A stretch of 64,000 nucleotides of DNA from Octopus bimaculoides (GCF_001194135.2 NC_068996.1:8852112-8916111), one strand, 5' to 3'; counted from the stretch's first letter, positions 11,372 through 24,707 are shown. Program-made: numbers and translations. Notes: a model not told the origin generated them from the sequence alone.

Positions 11372-13385
11372 AGAAAATTTGAACTTCAGAATTCTCTACA
11401 TTCATAAAACGGTGGCCCACAATGTGTTTGAAGTGTCGGGACTCATACGGACATTTGCACTGCTTGATTGGACGCTTGATTAGATCCGAGCCATTGATGT
11501 GAAAACTCGGAAGATACTAACAAGCACACATGATTTCCACATAAACAGTGACGTAGACTGCCTAAAACGAAATCAAGGCGACATCGATCCAAACTGCCTT
11601 TGAATGTCGTATCATATCCGTTCGGCAACATCTTTTAACCACCAAGTGTTGAAGTGCATTCCTTGACCAAGTTTGCATACATGAGGCTAGTAACATCATA
11701 AGACTTGGAAAGCAGCTCCTTGAGCAGCATTCCTTGTCTGATAACCTTAAATACATGCCCAAAGAAGTTGCACGACTCTACCGCAACATATCAGATGAAA
11801 GGATGAGCGTATATGAGCAGAAGACCATGCATGCATATTTTAGTAGAAAGCTCCGAGATTATAGTAACATTGATCATCAAAGCAGTCTATCATGGATCAT
11901 CAAACGGATTACTACTCCGACTTTGAAGGGTATGCGTTAGCAATCCAAGAACAGGAAATATCAACCAAATACCTGATTCACAAAAGAGACAGAAATGCAG
12001 AAAAAGCAGTAAAATGTGACAACCGATGCAGACTTTATGGGGTTGCCCGAAAATGTCATCACGGTATTATCTACCGATGGGACATGATGTTGTACCTAGG
12101 ACACTTTATAAGGAAATCCGTCGGTAGGATAACTTCGAGGACAAAGAAATAAGGTAGGAGCCATAACCACTAATAATAAAACGGAGTACTGGTGGAAAGT
12201 CTCTGTGAACACCTCATTAGAATGTAAACACAATCATTTGAGATAAAGAGAAGCTATGCACAGATGTGGAAATCAGCTGCCCAGCAGATGTTAACATAAA
12301 GCTGAAGATCAATGAAAAAGAGAATACCTACGATGAACTATTGAGAAATGTGCAGTTACTCTATCCAGATTACAAGTTCAGGTTTATACCTGTAATTATT
12401 GGGACACTGCCTAAATACCAATCTTGAGAAATTAGGCTTCTCAAAACCAGAAAGGAGAAAGTTAATTTGAAGACTATAGATCCAGCCCAGTGGTGACTCC
12501 GGCACTCGGATTGTTCGGGCTTAGCCCGAGTATAAATTTAGTAAAGTGAACGTGTATTTGCAAGCCGATTTAAATTCTGTCAACACTGACTTCAATAACT
12601 CGGGCTCCTTTTATTAAGTCTGGTCGTAGTTCACTTATTTTCATTCGGCATCTGGCGGTCATCTTAGAGGTATCCTGTCTCAAAAAATATCATTCGTAGC
12701 AGACGTTCTCTCGACATCTTTCATACGCGCCTGACTCGGGCTCAGAAGTTACAGCCCGAGTTGTTATCTATAAGCTTAAAAATTAAAAGTAATTCAAATT
12801 CAATGTTTTCTTGAAACAATAAATTTCTATAAAGATTAGGGTTTAAATTCCAATCTATGAACAGTTTCCGTTCTACAATATTTTTAAATGAACGAAAAAA
12901 TTATCCAGCAACTCGGGCTGATACGAACGAGCTTGGCATCTCTTGTCAAGAGTACAGGCGACAGTCAGATTGCTGATGTTTGTTGTGCACTTTGCTGTCG
13001 TTATTTGATTGCTGTTATTCTGTGCTTCTGTGTGTAAAGATCAGTTGTGCTTTGCAGGGTTGCTTTATTTTTACCCTTAACTTAGAAATGGAGAAAGACA
13101 TAGTGCTAGATATTGAAAAAAAATAAGCCATTTGGGACAAAAAGGAAGCGGAAATACGTGAAATTCTTCGAGCAGGCATGTGTCTTATGTGAAATCTGTA
13201 AAGAGCCCGAGTGACGAAATCTATGATGAGTCTGAGTGACACTGATAACCTGGAGTCGCCTCTGATCCAGTCCATCACTGGAACTGCAAAAAATCTGTAA
13301 AACTTTCCAGAAGTTCATCATTTAAGTATATATGAGCATGTCTAGATGTGCAAGGATATGCATGAGAAGACGTACATAAAACAAA
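11372..13385 (+). mobile_element. R4/Dong-clade LINE, 5'-truncated and decayed, interrupted by a hAT MITE
   Basis: LDWTLD*IRAIDVKTRKILT...FHINSDVD (RT thumb), EGYALAIQEQEI...CDNRCRL (zinc knuckle), VEISCPAD...EKENTYDEL...FIPVIIGTL (restriction-like endonuclease, RLE). Resumes at 13265 as IQSITGTAK. Flanked on both sides by (CATA)n. Confidence 0.85.
12488..13264. mobile_element. hAT-type MITE
   Basis: TIRs cagtggtgactccgg / ctggagtcgcctctg; 8-bp TSD atccagcc / atccagtc; repeated internal gcccgagt motifs. Confidence 0.8.
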
Positions 13386-14560
13386 ACATACATACATACA
13401 TACATACATACATACATACATACATTACATACATACATACATATACATACATTACATACATACATGTATACATTACATACATACATACATTTTTTTAAGA
13501 TTGGAAGAATTTCCATTTGCTCTGATATTCAACTTCTGCATTTCTCAAATCCTTTTTATACGTTCTTAGTTCCTTAAGTTCTCTTCATTTGATATAATTC
13601 CTTCTTTTTTTTTTTACCTTTTAAAGATCGTACATAGTCCACTAGTGTCGTGGTTATTCATTCGTCTGTATGCTGTAACGAAGATATGTTGTTGTAAAAC
13701 GTGTTGTTTTCTCTTTCTTTCATTCTTTCTTTTCTTTGTTGACCCGAAAGATGGTACCCACACTCAACAAGTTGCGAGTACGTGAAGCGAGATAGTAAAC
13801 AACGCTGTAGCACTCACCGTTCTATGGTAGATTCATATCTCTGTGAATTTATGTGTTGCAGGAGATGCGAAAATTGTGATTTGTTTGAGAAATTGATTGG
13901 ACGCATTTCTAACTTTCGTTTTTAATTCTAAAAATATTTTGTAATGTGTTGCTTATTGCATGCTTAAATATTTGTTTTTCAGGCGTATTTTGTTCACACT
14001 TTTATTTTCATACATAACATATAAACATGTATATCTTTTAGAACATTGTCATTTTATAAGATTTTGCTGCCAAATTTTTAAATTAACATAAACATTTATT
14101 TACATGAAAGAAAATTACTGGAGAACAATCATCTAATTCTTCCTGTTAAAACGGTATTGAAACCATTTGTGGGGAAAAATTGTTATGCGTTTATCGCATG
14201 TAACATATTGTTCATCGCATTCGCATTGAATGCTTAAAACTACTGGTTTGCTCGTTTCTTTTTGTCATTGAGGTAGTTGTGAGGTGTGCTAAAAATAACA
14301 GCTAAATGCCGTTTTTTGGATAAATCTTAAGTCCGTGCTATTTTATTAAATGCATATTGACTGCTTCTAACTACAAAATACGTGTTGTTTACGAATATTG
14401 ACAACACGTGCTATTTTCAGGATATGGACGATAAAATGTGCAGTTATGCACAAAATGACAGCTTCCAAATACTGTTTCCTGACTGGGTGAAAATGATCAA
14501 ACTTTAAACCTCTATTACTTTTTAAAAACATTTTTTCTGGGAAAAGTGAAATAACTCCAG

Positions 14561-15251
14561 GGATCTTTCTGATTTGGCGGGTGCCACTTTTTATTTATGT
14601 TTTATTTCAATTTTCGTATACTTGTATATTTTGTGTTATAGAACAGAGAAAAGTTTTTGTATTCAAAGTTATTTCATGTTAAAAGTTGTCGTATTTCGGT
14701 TAATTTCAATCAATCACTGACGTCTATTGAGGTGAAAACAATTACTGCTATGGATTGTCAACAAAACGTTATGGCGGTGTAATGGGATATTTTCCCTTGA
14801 ATAAGATTAATGCCGTTGTTTGTCAACAACAACTATCGGCGGTAATGTTATTTATGACATCGTTCGTGCGTTTGTACTAGTTTTAGCTTCAGGGTTTTAG
14901 GGTTAGGGTTCGGGTTTTAGAGTTAGGGTTAGGGTTAGGGTTAGTATTTTTGCTAATACTCATAACCTTAACCCTAATCCTAATTTTATTCAAGGGAAAA
15001 GATCCCATTACACCGGTAGAACGTGTTGTTTACATTCCAGAGCAGTAATTGCTTTCACCTCAATAGACGTCAGTGATTGGTTGAAATTACCGAAATACGA
15101 CAATTTTAACACGAAATAACTTTAAAAAGATAAAATTTTCTCAATAACACTAAGAGTAAAAGATGTTTTATATGACACATTTTACCAGTGTCCCAAGTTT
15201 GAAAGTGTTTCGTTAAGAAAACAAGTGGCGCCCGCCAAATCAGAAAGATCC
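14561..15251. mobile_element. Foldback DNA element with central TTAGGG/CCCTAA repeats (family D; Merlin-like termini)
   Basis: TIR ggatctttctgatttggcgggtgccac / gtggcgcccgccaaatcagaaagatcc. Perfect 8-bp TSD aactccag (14553-14560, 15252-15259). Internal inverted arms ~14640-14810 and ~14985-15125. Confidence 0.85.
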
Positions 15252-15429
15252 AACTCCAGCAATTCAGCTTGGAAAAGTATATTAATGTGCCAAATTTTAA
15301 AATTTTTGATAAACTTCAATTTTTGAAATGCTGGCAGCCAAACCAACTTGATTCGGTAACGTTTTTATCCATTTACTAATTCCAATGCTTTAAAATTTAA
15401 TTCTAAATATTTAAAATTATTTTTATTAG

Positions 15430-16135
15430 TAGTTCGCCTGATATTTCAAGATGTATTTGTGAAGTTGAGAACTACAAAAAAAAATTTGATTCATATCAAG
15501 GAAAACAAGTTTGAGGAATTTTACTCCTGGGTTTTGAATGGTGTCACTGAACCACCAGAGAAGCGAAGTCGTCATGAAGAACCAGAACTTTTAAGAACTT
15601 TGTTTCACAACATTTTAGATGACATTTTTGTTGACGTTGAGCAAAGATTTAAAACGATGGAAGAGTTCAAATTTGCTGAATTATTGAATCCGAAGCTTTT
15701 TCACACTTACGAAAAAAACAATTTCCGATGGAAGCCTTTTAATCTCTCAATCTCTATAAAAATATACAGGAATTGGATGGACTGAAATGCGTGCTCAAAT
15801 CAGTTTATGCTGCAGATTTTACAAAGCAAGCATCAAGCATCCAAGAATATGGGAACCTGAAATAAACCAAGCTCTGGCAGAAGTAACACAATTACTACGT
15901 CTGATTCTGACCATATCTACCACATCTGCATCCTGTGAGAGATCGTCTTCTTTAAAGCGAATAAGTAATTACATGAGAGATTCTCAAAGTGAAGAGAGAA
16001 TGAATAATTTGGCCTTCATTTCCATGAATAAAGACCTTTTGAAGAAGATGAAGGCAGAGCGTGCTGCTGATTATTTCGTAGCCAAGTGACTGATGAATTT
16101 GCGAAAAAGCAAAAAAAAATTGAACTGTTTTACTA
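15430..16135 (+). pseudogene. hAT transposase C-terminal fragment
   Basis: LLRLILTISTTSASCERS-SSLKRISNYMRDSQSEERMNNLAFISMNKD is the hAT dimerisation-domain motif; the frame is broken. Confidence 0.85.
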
Positions 16136-16584
16136 AGTCCCAGAAATGTCTTTCTTCCTTGCTGGTGGCATAGAGATGTATTTCTTCGTCCCCTTTCTTA
16201 AGGAAAAATATATGGTAGTATTTATAAGCATAATCGACGTGCCAATTGTAGTCACGTGCAAATTACTTAAGACGTTGCAGAAAAAAGACACAAGAATAAA
16301 TTATGTGAAGCCAAAGATAAATCCACAATAACGGAGTTCATATCTAACTGTGGCAACAACACAACAGAAACTGAAAAGTAGCTCGTCGTATATCTATTAC
16401 AGGAACTCCATGATTAATGCGGTTAATTGATTCTCGCGAAACACTACATATACCAAAACCACACTAATCAAGCCAAAGAACCAATGCAATAGTTATAATG
16501 AACTCTGGGAAATACCAAAATTATAAACATTTTTTTTTCACTCAAAGTACATGTATAATGCATTGTGCTTATTTTAATTCATTA

Positions 16585-16950
16585 TGTGGATGCGCAATGG
16601 CCCAGTGGTTAGGGCAGCGGACATAGGATCGCAGTTTCGATACCCAGACCGGGCGTTGTGAGTGTTTATTGAGCGAAAACACCTAAAGCTCCACGAGGCT
16701 CCGGCAGGGGATGGTGGCGAACCCTGCTGTACTCTTTCACCACAACTTTCTCTCACTCTTACTTCCTCTTTCTGTTGTGCCTGTAATTCAAAGGGTCAGC
16801 CTTGTCACACTGAATATCCCCGAGAACTACGTTAAGGGTACACGTGTCTGTGGAGTGCTCAGCCACTTGCACGTTAATTTCACGAGCAGGCTGTTCCGTT
16901 GATCGGATCAACTGGAACCCTCGACGTCGTAAGCGACGGAGTGCCAACTT
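16585..16950 (+). mobile_element. SINE family E (tRNA head)
   Basis: A box tggcccagtggttag and B-box-like gtttcgatacc. Body matches 45502-46139. Confidence 0.85.
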
Positions 16951-17276
16951 TAAATCATTGAAGAATATAATTTTAANNNNNNNNNNNNNNNNNNNNNNNN
17001 NNNNNNNNNNNNNNNNNNNNNNNNNNNNNNNNNNNNNNNNNNNNNNNNNNNNNNNNNNNNNNNNNNNNNNNNNNNNNNNNNNNNNNNNNNNNNNNNNNNN
17101 NNNNNNNNNNNNNNNNNNNNNNNNNNNNNNNNNNNNNNNNNNNNNNNNNNNNNNNNNNNNNNNNNNNNNNNNNNNNNNNNNNNNNNNNNNNNNNNNNNNN
17201 NNNNNNNNNNNNNNNNNNNNNNNNNNNNNNNNNNNNNNNNNNNNNNNNNNNNNNNNNNNNNNNNNNNNNNNNNNNN

Positions 17277-17880
17277 NNGAAATATCTTTGGGTGTGGTTT
17301 CCATTTCTTCTGCTTCCTTTTCATCTTCTCCTTCGTATGCCTTTTGATGCTTCATTCCAAGAAGATCGTCGTAACTTTGTTTTTTTTGTTGTTTTTTTTT
17401 TTGAAGCGATTCCAATAATTCTCTAACATTTTCCAAATCTAATTCCTTAATTCCTCAAAGCAGAGGTCTCTTCCAATTGTAACAATTTCATCAATAACTT
17501 TGTTGTTGGGATTATTGAAACTGAAAAAAATCGTTAGTGCATTCAGGCAAAACATTCTGCCAGACTGCTCTCATGCAGCTGTCTGTTACTTCTTCCAAAA
17601 CTTGTGAATGTTTTCAACTGCTTGTTTAATATCAATTTTCTTTTTCCAAAATTCTTCAAGAGTGATTGGATTATCTCCAGTTGTAACTTGAATTACCTGG
17701 GCGAAACTTCTTCGCACATAATATGTTTTGAATGTAGAAATCATTCCTTGGTCCATTGGCTGTAATAAAGAAGTCGTATTTGGTGGTGGAAATATAACCT
17801 TCACATTGTTATTTAAATCATTAAGTGAGGTGAGATGCCCAGGGGCGTTATCTAAAATCAAAAGAACTTTGAAATCTAAA
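17277..17880 (-). pseudogene. pogo/Tigger-type DDE transposase fragment
   Basis: VLLILDNAPGH...VIFPPPNTTSLLQPMDQGMISTFKTYY. Confidence 0.9.
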
Positions 17881-18286
17881 TTGTTATTATTATTATTATT
17901 ATTATTCAGTAGTTTTATTTTTATAACGTACTTTCACTTCACTACCGAGCGCAGCTCTGTGCGCCTTGGGTATGTGCTGTGGTTTGCTGTGGTGCTCTTA
18001 TGTTTACTGTATTGAAAGTGTTTTGCGTAGAATGTGTGCAGTACCCAGTAGTGCAATTTTCTGTATGTTATATATATTTGTAAGTCCTGGTGTTTTTGTT
18101 ATGTATTTGTCTGAATATTTTTTTTATTATACCTAAGGCACCTACTATGATAGGAATTGTTTCTGTTTTTAGATTCCACATTCGAGTTATCTCTATTTCC
18201 AGGTCTTTGTATTTTGAAAGTTTTTCCATTTCTTTTAGAGAAACGTTGTCATCTGCTGGTATTGAAACATCAATTAGAAGGCATTT
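17880..18286 (-). mobile_element. R4/Dong-clade LINE 3' end with (AAT)n tail
   Basis: CLLIDVSIPADDNVSLKEMEKLSKYKDLEIEITRMWNLKTETIPIIVGALG (RLE domain). The 5' part is hidden in the N gap, with a long (AAT)n beyond it. Confidence 0.9.
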
Positions 18287-19245
18287 NNNNNNNNNNNNNN
18301 NNNNNNNNNNNNNNNNNNNNNNNNNNNNNNNNNNNNNNNNNNNNNNNNNNNNNNNNNNNNNNNNNNNNNNNNNNNNNNNNNNNNNNNNNNNNNNNNNNNN
18401 NNNNNNNNNNNNNNNNNNNNNNNNNNNNNNNNNNNNNNNNNNNNNNNNNNNNNNNNNNNNNNNNNNNNNNNNNNNNNNNNNNNNNNNNNNNNNNNNNNNN
18501 NNNNNNNNNNNNNNNNNNNNNNNNNNNNNNNNNNNNNNNNNNNNNNNNNNNNNNNNNNNNNNNNNNNNNNNNNNNNNNNNNNNNNNNNNNNNNNNNNNNN
18601 NNNNNNNNNNNNNNNNNNNNNNNNNNNNNNNNNNNNNNNNNNNNNNNNNNNNNNNNNNNNNNNNNNNNNNNNNNNNNNNNNNNNNNNNNNNNNNNNNNNN
18701 NNNNNNNNNNNNNNNNNNNNNNNNNNNNNNNNNNNNNNNNNNNNNNNNNNNNNNNNNNNNNNNNNNNNNNNNNNNNNNNNNNNNNNNNNNNNNNNNNNNN
18801 NNNNNNNNNNNNNNNNNNNNNNNNNNNNNNNNNNNNNNNNNNNNNNNNNNNNNNNNNNNNNNNNNNNNNNNNNNNNNNNNNNNNNNNNNNNNNNNNNNNN
18901 NNNNNNNNNNNNNNNNNNNNNNNNNNNNNNNNNNNNNNNNNNNNNNNNNNNNNNNNNNNNNNNNNNNNNNNNNNNNNNNNNNNNNNNNNNNNNNNNNNNN
19001 NNNNNNNNNNNNNNNNNNNNNNNNNNNNNNNNNNNNNNNNNNNNNNNNNNNNNNNNNNNNNNNNNNNNNNNNNNNNNNNNNNNNNNNNNNNNNNNNNNNN
19101 NNNNNNNNNNNNNNNNNNNNNNNNNNNNNNNNNNNNNNNNNNNNNNNNNNNNNNNNNNNNNNNNNNNNNNNNNNNNNNNNNNNNNNNNNNNNNNNNNNNN
19201 NNNNNNNNNNNNNNNNNNNNNNNNNNNNNNNNNNNNNNNNATGTT

Positions 19246-19357
<112 letters not shown>

Positions 19358-19359
19358 TA

Positions 19360-19793
19360 GCCAAGGCCTCATCAACTTTTTCAAGTTCCACTTGAAAAGG
19401 AAGATGAGAGTAAGGAGGGAAGTGCTGTCTCATAGCAAATTTGTTGAAAGATGGGTGACTAGGAAAAATGGCCAGTATGAACGGACCAATTCTGAGGATA
19501 CACCTGTAGAAAAAGGTAATGTAAAAGGAGAAAGGGCTCTATAGCCCTTTCTTATTTTTTCTGACCAGGCTCCCGTGGTTTTATGGGTTTTTCCACGTGT
19601 AACCTTTTCTTTTTCGAAGCGCCTCCCCCTATCGGGAGTTTTATTTGTTATATCTTTCTCTGTTTTTCCATTGTTTACACGAACGTTTTCTTCTTTTCGA
19701 ACAAAACCCTATGTAACCTTCGTCCAGTCTTTGTCCTTACATGTTTTTGATTTATATTAGCCCTTGTAGCCAATAAAACAGAATTAGTTATTA

Positions 19794-19858
<65 letters not shown>

Positions 19859-19860
19859 GC
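19360..19860 (+). mobile_element. L1/Tx1-like LINE 3' fragment with (TTA)n tail
   Basis: INFFKFHLKRKMRVRREVLSHSKFVERWV resembles Tx1-type ORF2 C-termini; aataaa precedes the (att)n tail. Confidence 0.55.
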
Positions 19861-20574
19861 CTTTGCACAGCTTCTAACGCTGGAGATGTACTACAGTGTC
19901 AGCTGTTCACTACCAGTGAACTANNNNNNNNNNNNNNNNNNNNNNNNNNNNNNNNNNNNNNNNNNNNNNNNNNNNNNNNNNNNNNNNNNNNNNNNNNNNN
20001 NNNNNNNNNNNNNNNNNNNNNNNNNNNNNNNNNNNNNNNNNNNNNNNNNNNNNNNNNNNNNNNNNNNNNNNNNNNNNNNNNNNNNNNNNNNNNNNNNNNN
20101 NNNNNNNNNNNNNNNNNNNNNNNNNNNNNNNNNNNNNNNNNNNNNNNNNNNNNNNNNNNNNNNNNNNNNNNNNNNNNNNNNNNNNNNNNNNNNNNNNNNN
20201 NNNNNNNNNNNNNNNNNNNNNNNNNNNNNNNNNNNNNNNNNNNNNNNNNNNNNNNNNNNNNNNNNNNNNNNNNNNNNNNNNNNNNNNNNNNNNNNNNNNN
20301 NNNNNNNNNNNNNNNNNNNNNNNNNNNNNNNNNNNNNNNNNNNNNNNNNNNNNNNNNNNNNNNNNNNNNNNNNNNNNNNNNNNNNNAAAAAAAAAAAAAA
20401 AAAATAGAGTGATCTGACTGATGCGTCTTTTTTTCTTTCTTTTTATCAGCTTTGCTGTGTTAGACTCCACCGAAGGGAAAAAAACATCGTTTTTAGAAAA
20501 CTTTTTTCTGATTTTGTTTTTATATAAAAATGTTCTTTAAAAATAGGCATGGTGCAATATGGCTACAATATTCC

Positions 20575-20750
20575 TTTCTAATGCAGCTACAAGGGCTGAA
20601 ATTTTGGGGGAATGAGATGAGTCGATTACAACGACCCCAGTGCGGATGAAAGGCAAAGTCAATCCCAGCGGAATTTGAACTTAGAGCGCAAGTGCGAGCG
20701 AAATACTACAAAGCGTCTCATCCAACTTGCTAGCAATTCTGCCATCTCAA
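20575..20750 (-). mobile_element. SINE family B, degenerate
   Basis: ggatgaaaggcaaagtcaatcccagcggaatttgaac motif. Confidence 0.75.
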
Positions 20751-21332
20751 TATGGCTCCGATACTAGAAGTGGGAGTATTTCCGTTTCAAAGTTTTTGAG
20801 CGGTAATTAATAGGCGAAAAGCCATTTTTATTTGATTATAATTTTTATTTAAAAAAAAAGGAGGGGGGTTCAGATCTTTTCTAAAGACTCATGAAAAAAA
20901 ATCGAACAATTACACGACTTTAGTAAGAATTTCAAGGAGTTTTGTCGATTTATTTTGAATATACCAGTTAAGCAGTAGTAGGTGTGGCACACGATCTCAT
21001 GCGTGAAGAATTGGTGCGGAACTGAAGATGAGGTGCTGTCAATGCTTCAAAGAGTTTGCGCAAAAAAAAAAGCTTATTGAAATGAGCGAATCAAATTTGA
21101 CACCGCTTGTATTAAGGGACAGTCTCAAAAAATTTTTGCGCACTAACCACGGGATTCCATTATATATTTTGGAAATATTTGTACGTACGTTTCTCGTGTC
21201 TTACTAACTACTTCAAAATGGTGCATCGTATGGGGGAAACTATTTTCATTTTCGTTTTTGGATTTGGTTTGCAAGATTCTTTATGTGAGTTCGTGTGTTG
21301 AAGCATATGCTGTTGTGTTTGGGGAGAGTCAT

Positions 21333-21713
21333 GGATCTTTCTGAATTGACGGGCAACACTTGTTTTCTTAACGAAACACTTTCAAACTTGGGATACTGGT
21401 AGAATGTGTCATATAAAACATTTTTTTCTCTTAGCCTTCTTAACAAAAATTTCTATATTGCAAGTTATTTCATGTTAAAGTTGTCCTATTTCTGTAATTT
21501 CAACCAATCACTGACGTCTATTCAGCTGAATACAGTTACTGCTGTTTTTGTAAACAATAATTTTTGCCGGTGTCATGATCGTTATTCCCTGGTAATTATA
21601 TCGTTATTCCCTAGTAAGGGTTTAGGGTTTTAGGGTTAGGTTTCGGGTTTTAGAGTTAGTTTTAAGTGTTTCGGTACCAAAAAACACTACATAAAACATA
21701 AATGAAAAGATCC
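21333..21713. mobile_element. Family D element (TTAGGG-bearing), internally deleted
   Basis: ggatcttt...aaagatcc termini and perfect 8-bp TSD agagtcat (21325-21332, 21714-21721). Confidence 0.85.
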
Positions 21714-22016
21714 AGAGTCATTTTCTCTTTGTGCCTTATAATTTAACACACTCACTGGTAAAATTTCCACTTATTTCTTATTTTTATTTCCCTAAAATTT
21801 TCGTTGCGTCTTGCAACCTTTTCACTAGTCTTGACTCTGTCCGTTATTTACGCTGCGTTCCTTTTTCATATTTCGTATTTTCATCTTCAGACTCCCCCAT
21901 ATCTCAAAGCGTATATAATACTGTACTTCTCACGGAAAACAGGGGAGGGTGGAACATTCGGAAATCCTCCCACCACATCAGTGTGTGAGGGTGGGAGTGA
22001 GCTGCATGTATAGTTA

Positions 22017-22048
<32 letters not shown>

Positions 22049-23095
22049 CATACATACACACACACATATATACATATTGTTTTCTAGTCCGAAACGACCC
22101 TTTCCATTTATCTGCTGCACTCCTCCCGTCTTTATAATCCTCCTTTTATCTATCATTCTCCCCTCCATCATTCATATCACTCATCTATCAATTATTCATA
22201 TTCTCACCACTCACTCTCTCCTCTCTTTGCTGTATTACTCCGTAATTAACGAAATTAGGATCTGTTATTTATATACCCTAACCCTTTCTGTACAACCAGT
22301 CATCATTGTCTCTCCCTCGAACCATCTCCCACTGGCACCATCGACCATCCCATCTTATTTCATATTTTACCATCCAAAGACCCCCCGCCACCTCTGGTTA
22401 CTACCTTCCTCCCTTTTTAACATTGATTGCCTCCTTCTCTGTTTATATTTGGCCCTCTCTACATCCATTAATTTTCATCTTTCTCTCTCTCTTCACGAGT
22501 GGTGGCTCGTATATACGAACTGCAGAACTGCAGCACCCCCTATTTCCACTCGATATTATCGATAACATTCAAAATGATTCTTTCTTTATACTTGTACATT
22601 ATATAATCCTTAAGCTTAATGTCAGTAGCCATCCCCTAGTTTATGAAATAAATACAAAAATTCTTGTACAGAACTGTGTGCTTCACAGTTCCAACGACGC
22701 GGTGTTTGGATGTTGTGCGCATGCTCACACGTCCGAGATAGGAAGCTTCACGCTAGGGAGAGAGGGCACTGTCGTTCACGCAATGCCGGTAAAAGATAAT
22801 GTTTCTTTTTGATTCCGCTTGTGTTGTGCTTGAAAACATGTTTATATTCTCGAATGCGATAAAGTGTAGAATTAGATTATTATCCGGCTTCCAGCTACAG
22901 TGTTGCTGCCAGGATTTGAAAAAAGGGCAGATTACTCCACCCTTATTTTGTGATTTAGTGGGGATTTTTTGAAAAACAAGGGGAATTCGCAGCGGCGTTC
23001 AGAGAACAAATTAAATACGCAAACCGGTAGTGGCTAAAATTTGAACCGATTAAGTTTATAAATAATTATTCTTTTTATATTTCCTTTTACACAAT

Positions 23096-23311
23096 ATTCT
23101 CTTCTACTCTAGGTACAAGGCCCGACATTTTGGTGGAGGGGGCCAGTCGATTAGATCGACCCATTGCGTAACTGGTACTTAATTTATCGACCCCGAAAGG
23201 ATGAAAGGCAAAGTCGACCTCGGCGGAATTTGAACTCAGAACGTAACGGCAGACGAAATACCGCTAAGCATTTCGCCCGGTGGGCTAACGCTTCTGCCAG
23301 CTCTCCGCCTT
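23096..23311 (-). mobile_element. SINE family B, young copy
   Basis: Full consensus with 12-bp TSD cttttacacaat (23084-23095, 23312-23323). Confidence 0.92.
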
Positions 23312-24707
23312 CTTTTACACAATGTTAAAACAACGGCTAAAACTTTACTGTAGCAGCACCCTAACTAATTTTATCGACGAGCCACCACTGCTCTTCACAC
23401 TCTTGCAAACTTCATCTAACCCTCCTAATTCTCTCTCTCCCTCTCTCTTTCCATCCTCTGTTTATCTCCTTGGATATTTTGCCCTGAAGATATGAATACA
23501 TATCAGTTATAGGGAAATAGTGGCCCGAGAACTTTCTAAGCCTAAAGAAAAATTACGCTGAATTCTTTTAGCAGTGTTGTTCGCCTGATGATGTGCCAGC
23601 CTCATGCGGCCCGCTCTTCGAAATAGGTACCCATGTTATAGAGTATTGAGAATTCCCTAACTGGATCTTTTCTGTTTGGCTGCCAATTTTCAGTCTCTTC
23701 AATTTCTGTTTGAATCGGTTACATATTTGATGTAATGATGTAGTTTTATATGCTAATCAATGCTATGAAATACATTTTCGACATAAATCAATAGATAAAG
23801 AGTTATTAGCTTTTAAAGTTTGCAAATTCTGAGTAAATTTAGCCAATCGTAAGCCGCAGGCACATTCATGCCTATTTCCATAGTAACAAGCCAAACATGA
23901 AAAATCTTTTGTCTGCGAGATAACATTGGTTGACAGATATATTCTACACTGTGTTCGATTAGGGTTAGGGTTAAGGTTACTTGTGCCTATCTGCTGCTTG
24001 TACCCTGGTCGAGAGATGTGCGAAAAATAACAGCGAAATAGGCCTTAAATCACGTACACCCTCCAATTTCTTTTTGCATAATCGTATGAATTGAGGGTAT
24101 AATACAAATTCGCAAAAAATTTCTAAAAATTCCCAAAAATTCCTAAAAATGAAAACGTTAGGGGCGGGAGTTATATGTCGTGCATATAGCAGAAGTTGAT
24201 TTATTTACAGTTTCATATTAAAACACATTACACACAAAATGAAAGCTTCCCAAATCCTGTTTTCTGACTATGTGAAATTTATCAAATTTTAAATCTCTAT
24301 AACTTTTTTTTTTTAAATTCTGGAAAAATGTCTCCTGAGATTCAACTTAGAAAACTACATTAATATAACCAAATTTTAAAATTTTCAATAAACTTTGAAG
24401 TTTTCACAGCTGCAGCCAAACAGAAAAGATCCCCCTAGCTTTACATGATAAAAAGCAACCTTAACAAATGGTGGTTTCTCGAAAATATGCACCAAGTGCT
24501 CTCTGTAGAGTTGATAAATGAGCAAAGATGATATTCAGCTGAAATGACATTTTAGTCTTGTCGAGGACATGACAACCTCTTTAGTGCAGGTGCCAACATA
24601 AAATGCACTCATTACAATGCATTTTACATGTAAAGTAGCTGGTGATAGCAAAGGTGTCTAGCAGGGGAACCAAGTTAAAAATGAAGTGTAGGAGCGTGAC
24701 GTGGTCC

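Noticed and set aside
14890-14985. TTAGGG arrays as a telomere or chromosome-fusion scar
   Set aside because: They are short, degenerate and enclosed by transposon TIRs and TSDs.
16585-16665. tRNA genes at SINE heads (also 37135, 41025, 45502, 61464)
   Set aside because: A and B boxes are present, but no complete cloverleaf, and each continues into a SINE body.
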